Assembly: GCA_002269645.1 (NCBI GenBank)
Contig: NIVC01002947.1
Coordinates: 2,565-66,564, forward strand
Direction: 5' to 3'
Source of the DNA: Macrostomum lignano
Lineage: Eukaryota
DNA: 64,000 nt
The position numbers were made by a program, and so were the translations under genes. How positions within the stretch are numbered: the stretch's first letter is position 1; each line of letters begins with the position of its first letter. This document shows, in pieces, positions 56,968 to 64,000 of the stretch. The notes under the pieces are model-generated. The model did no database searches. It had not been told where the DNA came from and worked only from the letters and a program-made list of their open reading frames with translations.

Positions 56968-59148
56968 ATTAGCTTTAGGTCTGCGTCTGCTTTCTATCAA
57001 AAGCAATAACAATTTTATTATGAAAAAAGTCAAAATTTCCTATCTTCGTACTGAATTTTTCGGCAAAACAAGCCTCCTTAACTTTTTCTAAGAAGCGTAG
57101 TTTCCCATCCTTAACTTGAGTTGAGTTTAGTCTTCTAAGAGTCTGAAAGAGTTGTGACGGGGGACTTGTGGAAAACTTCATTGTTTTACTATCATTTTTA
57201 CTATCAGTAGACTACTACGTAAGTGTATCATATTTTGTATGAATTCTGTGTACGAGTACATTCATTGAATCGGCTTTTATATGTCGGCAAGTGATGAATT
57301 TTTAACAAATCAATAATTTGCCCAGCGCCCATCGTAACTCTCAGCCAATTACAATTCGCTGTATCATCTATCGTTTTATATTAACTGTTCGTTTTTCGTC
57401 GCTACTCAAAAACAAATAAAAAACTTGGCCAACTAAGCAAGCAAAATATATCAATTCAATTGAATATTGGACTGCGCTATACTTGCATTTTTCTTCGGTC
57501 TTGTTCGGTCTTGTTCTGCCAAGGACTGCCAGATTAGATTCGTCACAGAGTCTTCTTCACACGCTGTCTCTTTAAATTGGCGCCTTTCAAAAAGCTAATT
57601 GTTGACTCAAAGCCGTGACTAATCTGACACTACGTATTAGGCCGTGGAATGATTGCTAAACCCTACACAAAAATTACCGAAGCGAAAACTAAAGTTTTTG
57701 TTACTAGCCAGCCTATGAACATATGACCTACACAATTAAAAATGCAATATCAAGACGCATGCTTGATAAACTCGAGTATTAAGACTGTATGTTCATTCAG
57801 TGATTCTGCGTGCGAGTTAAAGTTCATGAAAATTTCGTGCCTAAATTTAGTAGCTGTTATTATGCTTTAGACCCCAATGTATGCATATACCGCTCAAACA
57901 GCAGAAAACTTAGAATTGCGCAGCATCTACGAATGAGTTCAGCTCGAAATTCGATCGTCGCGCGTTTTTGTGTAATGTATATACGTTGCACTGAACACTC
58001 GTACATTTTTTGTATTATTACAAGTAAAAATATTACGCGTCATTTCGCCCAAAAGTAATCAAAAAATCATTCGGCATAATTATTTAAAATCTAGAGGGCA
58101 ATAGCTTTTCCAGCAGTTCTAAAGTTTAAATTCAAATTGAACGTTTCTACGATTCCTATAAGGACGTATGTTTTTTGCATAGGGATGATAGCTCTCAAAT
58201 TTCAGAAGCCCATATTGATGTTGGTTTCGTGACCTTTCTAGCCCTCCAAGAAATTTAACAGTATGAAAAATTTTCTACGAGTAGTTGACAAACTCGATGC
58301 TTCATATGACAATGTCTTTTGTCCATCCAATTTTTATCTCAAGAAAAGCAACTCATTAAAAGTCGATTCTTAAAAGCGCAATTCTCATTCATACGGCAAT
58401 TCAATGTCGGACAGCTCACTGCTACATTTTAGACAAATTAATTTAACATACAGCACAGGTATTAACTGTGTAGTTTGTGTATATTTGAACCAGTTTTAAT
58501 AAGCACTCCAACAATTCTAACAAAGTATAACTTAACTTTTTATCAATTCTCTTTACGAATTTAAAATTAGTGGAACAGAGAACTAAAGTGACAATTTACG
58601 TACTAGCAGTAGTATTGCTAATGATAATAAGTATAACAAAGTTATAACCTGTAAATACAAACGAATAAGTATGCTTGAATCTAGAGAAAACCACTCTAAT
58701 TTAACAAACAAGACGAACAGTAGCGATTGGACAGGGAGCGCGGACACTACAGGCCATGATGCGCTCAAATCTCGAACACCAGAAACAGCAAATTGGCAAC
58801 TTTGTAAGCTTGCGATTCCTAGCTATTTAAGCAATTATGGTGAGTAGATTTCCAGTCACTTCACCTCGGTCTCGAGCTAGCAGATGGGGCGGTCAATGCA
58901 GAGAGGGGAACAGAAAAGCAAAAAAGCAACAACAGCAAAATGTGGAAAGAAAACTAGAAGAGAGCAAAACCAGGGAAGATTGGAAACATTCAACAGAATT
59001 AAACAGCGATAAGAAATTTTAAACGAGAAACATCGAGTGACAATGATAGACCAACAGCCTCAGCAATATTCATCAGAGACCTGACGCTTTCTAATATAAG
59101 TTTAACGCTTTTCACTAAAACCATCAAAACTCATCATGACTTGTCAGC

Positions 59149-62100
59149 TTACTCAATCAGCTTCTTGGCCTTGAAGTAGCGGCGCAGGTAGAGAACTTGC
59201 CAGGTGGCCAGGCCCAGCAGGCACAGCATGGAGAACACGGAGAAGTACAGCACTCGGGAGTGGGTGGACTCTGCGCGGGCAGTTGCGGTGACAGCAATGT
59301 TAGATTAGATCCAGTATTGAACTTCAATGAAAACGGCACATAAATGAAATCTGAATTTGAATTTAGATCTAATTAGATTCTAGATCTACAATCTCGCCTA
59401 ACTAGATCTACAATCTCACATAATTAGATCTACAATCTCGCCTAACTAGATCTACAATCTCACATAATTAGATCTACAATCTCACATAATTAGATCTAAA
59501 ATCTCGCCTAACTAGATCTACAGCCTTATCTAATTAGATCTACAGATCTTACCTAAATAGATCTACAGCCTTATCTAATTAGATCTACAGATCTTACCTA
59601 AATAGATCTACAGATCTTACCTAAATAGATCTACAGATCTTACCTAAATAGATCTACAGATCTTACCGAAATAGATCTACAGATCTTACCTAAATAGATC
59701 TATAGATCTTACCTAATTAGATGTACAGATCTTACCTAATTAGATCTACAGTCTCATCTAACTAGATTTACAGATCTTACCTAAATAGATCTATAGATCT
59801 TACCTAATTAGATGTACAGATCTTACCTAATTAGATCTACAGATCTTACCTAATTAGATCTACAGATCTTACCTAAATAGATCTACAGTCTCATCTAACT
59901 AGATTTACAGACCTTACCTAATTATACGTACAATCTCACCTAATTAGATCTACAATCTTATCTAATTAGATCATGCTTGGGCGCAACCTTGGGATTCACT
60001 CGGCCGTTTCTATTGGCAACACACACATGTAAGTCGCTATTGGACGGAATAGTAGTCACGTGACTGCTCTCAGCCAATAGCGACTTACATGTGTGTGTTG
60101 CCAATAGAAACGGCCGGGTGATTCCCAAAGTTGCGCATGTATGTTGATCAACAGATCTCACCTAATTATATCTACAATCTCACATTAAACAAAAATCCCA
60201 TCTAATGGTGATGATATTGATTAAAACAGAAATAATGTCTACAAGCTCATCTCATGCATTCTGCCAGTCCAACCCGCAAACTTGCAAGGAAGCTGTGCCT
60301 CTCACCGTTGGTGTCCCGCATGGCCTCCTCCCTGGAGCGCATGTAGGCGAAATCGTTAACAATGGATTCGCTCAGATCTTCCAAGCGCTTCAGTTCAACC
60401 TCCAGCGGCTTCAGCTTCTGAGCTTTGGCGATCTGCAGTTTAAGCATTGATTGAGTATTGTCAGTCTTGGCAGCTAATTATCAATATTCTGTTTACAAAT
60501 TAGCAGCATCTCGTAGGGTTGAAGCTGCTCGCTCACCTCGTCGTAGTTCTTGGCCTCGGCGCCGTGGCGCACGTCGACGTAGACCTCCAAATCGGCGCCG
60601 CGGCCGCCGCCCTCCATGTGCGATTCGAAGCAGACGTCAAACAGGTCGTACTCGTCAGAGTTGAAGGCAAATTTGCCCTCGCCTTTGGCGTTGTCCTTGT
60701 TGAAGAACACGTGCTTCTTGGAGTCGGTAACCTACATTTGAGAGATTGTTAATCATTAACATCTGGGTTTTCAAGCGTCAGAATCACAGTGCCATTTGGC
60801 ATCCTTGGTCCAAATTCAGGGTGCTGGCTGGCACTAGTAGAAAAATTACAATACCTCCTACTCTACCCTGTACACTGCTGAGCCTCTCTGACCTACAGAA
60901 GCTGTGCAGGTGTTTACCCAAAATTGATAATCAATAGAAGTTTTGAAATCCGAAGAATCTTAACAATTATTAAATTATTGATACTTTAAAGAACTACGAA
61001 TTACAGAAAAGATTGTTGAACTCAACTAAATTACATCTGGCTTAGAAACAATGTATTGTTAATTCGGCATCTGGGGTATAAATTCAGGATGCCAAAACTA
61101 AAGCTTCCTATTCCTAATAAGATTAACAATTCATCCCTATAAAAAGAAGACCAAGACTTATGATATTATAGAACTAATGAAGCATATACTCATATACCTT
61201 TGTTGGAGCAAATCGAAAATTGTATATAAAAGTACTAGTATATAAGCAAAATTTGATACTAGGCAAAAAACTACACCTTTTTACCTTTGGCTTTGTATTG
61301 CTTATTGGCAACAAACATTTGTTGTGTTTTGATGTTACTGTTTTGTTGTTTACTGTTTCTAGTGGCAACATACACACATGTAAGTCACTATTGGTGACTC
61401 AGAATAGTAGTCACGTGATTGCTCTCAGCCAATAGCAACTTACATGTGTGTTGCCACTAGAAATGGCTAGGTGATTCCCAAGGTTGCGCATGTATGGACT
61501 TATCACTGATATGACTGGTACCCTTCTATAGAACCTATATATATTCTTAGATTTTTATATTATATTATGCAATGTAATCAAAAAACTATATAATCTAAAT
61601 CCATTTTGCGGATGGTGGGTGTATGCCGGAAAATTCTGGCGTACACTTGATTTCCGTGGTGTACACCAGCGTACATTTCTTGGCTGTGTACAATGTGGCA
61701 TACAGTGTGGTGTATGGCAACTGGCGTAGAAATCAGTGCTGGGCAAGTTAGTCAATTTTTTTAACTTGTTAAAAGTTAAAAAGTTAATTTAATTGCTCCA
61801 AAAAATTAACTGTAACTAGTTAATTATTTATTAACTAGAATATCCGGAATATTCTATACATAATAACTTGTAACTGAAATATATACATGTAATAGTTTGT
61901 GACGTGTTAAATAATGCTAAGAAAGGTGAAGTTATTTTATGTATGTATTAATTTTACTTTATAATGGCATACAAGCTGCTGAAACTGCAGATTTTGAACC
62001 CGGTGAACTCCATTTCCTGGAATTATTAAATTTTGTCATTTAACTTTAACTTACAGAAAAAAATTAACAATTTTTGTTAACTAGTTAATGCAATTAATTC

Positions 62101-62524
62101 ATTAATTAACTAATTAATGAAATTCAAAAAACAAAAGTCAAAATAAATCATAATGTCATTGTAGCATATGCCAATCGAACTGTTCTAGTTGCCTTTTTTA
62201 ATATGATTATGAGCATGTCTTGAAAAGTTTGAGACAAATGACATCATGCATTTATTCTTTGATTCTATCTAAGCCATTTAATTCTTATATGTAACATATA
62301 AAACAAAACAAAATGGTTTTTTGCAAATTAATTTTTACCTTGATTGTAACCTTCTGATTAGGATCATCACTGATAGAATAATCTCCTTTTACCAGAACGT
62401 TTTTATGAATTTCCTCACGAAAACATTTCTTTGCATTTGATGGTAGATGGAACCTAAGAGAGAAAACTTGGTCCACCGCAAAAAGAAGCAGAATTGAGGA
62501 AATAAAAAGTAAGGGCGATTTCAT
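59149..62524 (-). CDS. TMED10: Transmembrane emp24 domain protein 10 (p24-delta), 209 aa
   Basis: Exons 62524-62339, 60731-60537, 60432-60306 and 59270-59149; 630 nt in frame. Signal peptide, [27 protein letters not shown] (GOLD), [52 protein letters not shown], and tail [13 protein letters not shown]. Confidence 0.95.
59380..59970. repeat. 23-bp minisatellite AGATCTACAGATCTTACCTAAAT in TMED10 intron 3
   Basis: About 25 degenerate copies with a recurring AGATCT palindrome. Confidence 0.9.
59981..60136. mobile_element. Foldback/MITE-like palindromic element, copy 1
   Basis: 63-nt inverted arms (GCGCAACCTTGGGATTCAC...GTCGCTATTGG / CCAATAGCGAC...AAAGTTGCGC, 3 mismatches) around a 30-nt core containing GTCACGTGAC. 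Confidence 0.75.
61356..61489. mobile_element. Foldback/MITE-like palindromic element, copy 2 (5'-truncated)
   Basis: Diverged paralog of 59981-60136 in TMED10 intron 1, same orientation; both copies are followed by ATGTATG. Confidence 0.7.
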
Positions 62525-64000
62525 GATCGAATACTTAGGGAGAAGTGGATTAGCAGAAACTTTTAACACTGTCGAATACCGCAAAAGGTCATAAAAGTGA
62601 CGATATAATTAAAAATATATGCACACGTCAAACTGGATATGTTTAAATAAAAAAATTAACGAAATCTGATTTGCTTTTTGAAATTCCATACGGTGTTTTT
62701 TACAATAATATATTTTAATGCAATGCAAATAAGGCTTTTAGCTGTAGTCCTTATTTAAAATTTAATTAATTTGTTTAAGTGTTAAATGTTTTCAAATAAA
62801 AAGTTACCGATCGTCCAATTGTAAAAATCGTAGCCTATATTTTCTATTTTCTTTGATTCTTTTAAAAATCAGGATTTATCTAGTGACCACGGAAAATTAA
62901 ATATATAGTTTTTGCTGACATTCAGACGCATATTTTTACAAATAAAATTAGCTAGGACTTCATAGAGTCGTCTACAAATTACACTCAATTGTCCGTCGTG
63001 CTTGAAGTAACGGATCGACCAGTTTTTTTATTAACGTGACAAGGATTGACTTTTGATCTATTGAAATTAAACTGTATTTGTAAATTCTAAAGCTGATTCA
63101 TGTCATTTATGTAAAATTGAGTCGTTCTCGGGTGAATACGAAGCTTTAGTTAACAAATATATATGACATTCAGCAAGACTTACTGTACTTTCTGATCTCC
63201 CATCTAATCAAACACATGAAAATAGGAAAAGTTAGTACTATAATTAGTACTAGCTGCACGTGCAGTACATGCTTTTGCTCCTAATAGGGATGTCAAGTTA
63301 AGCGCGCCTGCAATTAATCGACGATAATTCTTAATTGTCGACAAACTATAGTGATTTATAGCTAGATCGAGAGTAACGATCGGCGCTATGCTTCTGTTTT
63401 TACATGTATTGCACACTGCACGTATCTAAACTAGTTATCGATCGATCGTGTAAGATCCTACAAGATTTTTCCAAGAATTATCAAAAGATAGCTCCTAGGG
63501 CAGTTATAGAAACTAGCTACATGTACATTCCCGCTCAGGCAGATTCTAGCGAGTTTCTTTGGGGTCATACAGGTAGCAGTTGTACACTGTAGCTCGTACA
63601 TGTACTTCAACAGCAGAAAATTCGTTAAAGTATGAACGGAGCTTTCAAAATAAAGCTTTAAAGTGAACCTACATGTGTAAAACCATGTAAGGTGATCGCA
63701 TGAAAATCCACATCCACATGTACTCCATAGGTTCCGACGAAGCATATGCTCATGTACATGTACACACATAGAAGACAATTAAATGATAAATAATTCATCC
63801 ATGATTCAAGGTATAATTCATCCATGATTCAAGGTAAAGAGCGCATGTGTGCAGCTTAAACCTATTTTTGCGTTATCTTAGTAAAATAGTTAACTGTAAA
63901 CAATACACAAGGCCGAAATCAACAACTAAAGGTTTTGCATCTGCAGTTCTTAGTTCTCTGTAGATATAACGGACTACAGACTGCAATCGATTATTAAGTC

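Noticed and set aside
56975-57181. 68-aa ORF (MKFSTSPPSQLF...) apparently interrupted by the MITE
   Set aside because: Removing the MITE and one TSD leaves the TAA stop in place, so the insertion did not break this frame. No family recognised.
58583-58768. Hydrophobic 61-aa minus-strand ORF
   Set aside because: Non-ATG start in AT-rich sequence downstream of TMED10; hydrophobicity is expected from T-rich codons.
59990-60110. ER-stress response element (ERSE) in the TMED10 intronic palindrome
   Set aside because: The orientation and spacing do not match CCAAT-N9-CCACG or ATTGG-N-CCACG.

Overview
Eukaryotic (animal) genomic DNA. The GC-rich, poly-Gly/Ala/Gln-studded exons and the many minisatellites suggest a macrostomid flatworm such as Macrostomum; this is an inference, not a database match. 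Layout: (1) 1-22,946 is one ~23-kb array of a 22-bp satellite (~1,040 units), abutting the 3' exons of a fibrinogen-domain (FReD) gene. (2) Plus-strand genes for an ALP-type PDZ-LIM protein and a Ca2+/calmodulin-dependent phosphodiesterase (PDE1; a -1 frameshift in exon 1, introns packed with repeats and a tRNA-derived SINE-like element). (3) A tight minus-strand cluster TMEM70 > MTG2 > UVSSA > NUP85 that looks like a trans-spliced operon. (4) An AT-rich zone with Helitron debris (PIF1 helicase tails, RPA70-like and OTU-like pseudogenes) and MITEs. (5) TMED10 on the minus strand. All exon models were read by hand from GT-AG boundaries and remembered family motifs. The strongest leads are two. 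MTG2 has no genomic ATG ahead of its mitochondrial presequence and may take its Met from the spliced leader. A minisatellite in MTG2 intron 1 is built from the 3' splice site itself, giving 13 decoy acceptors.
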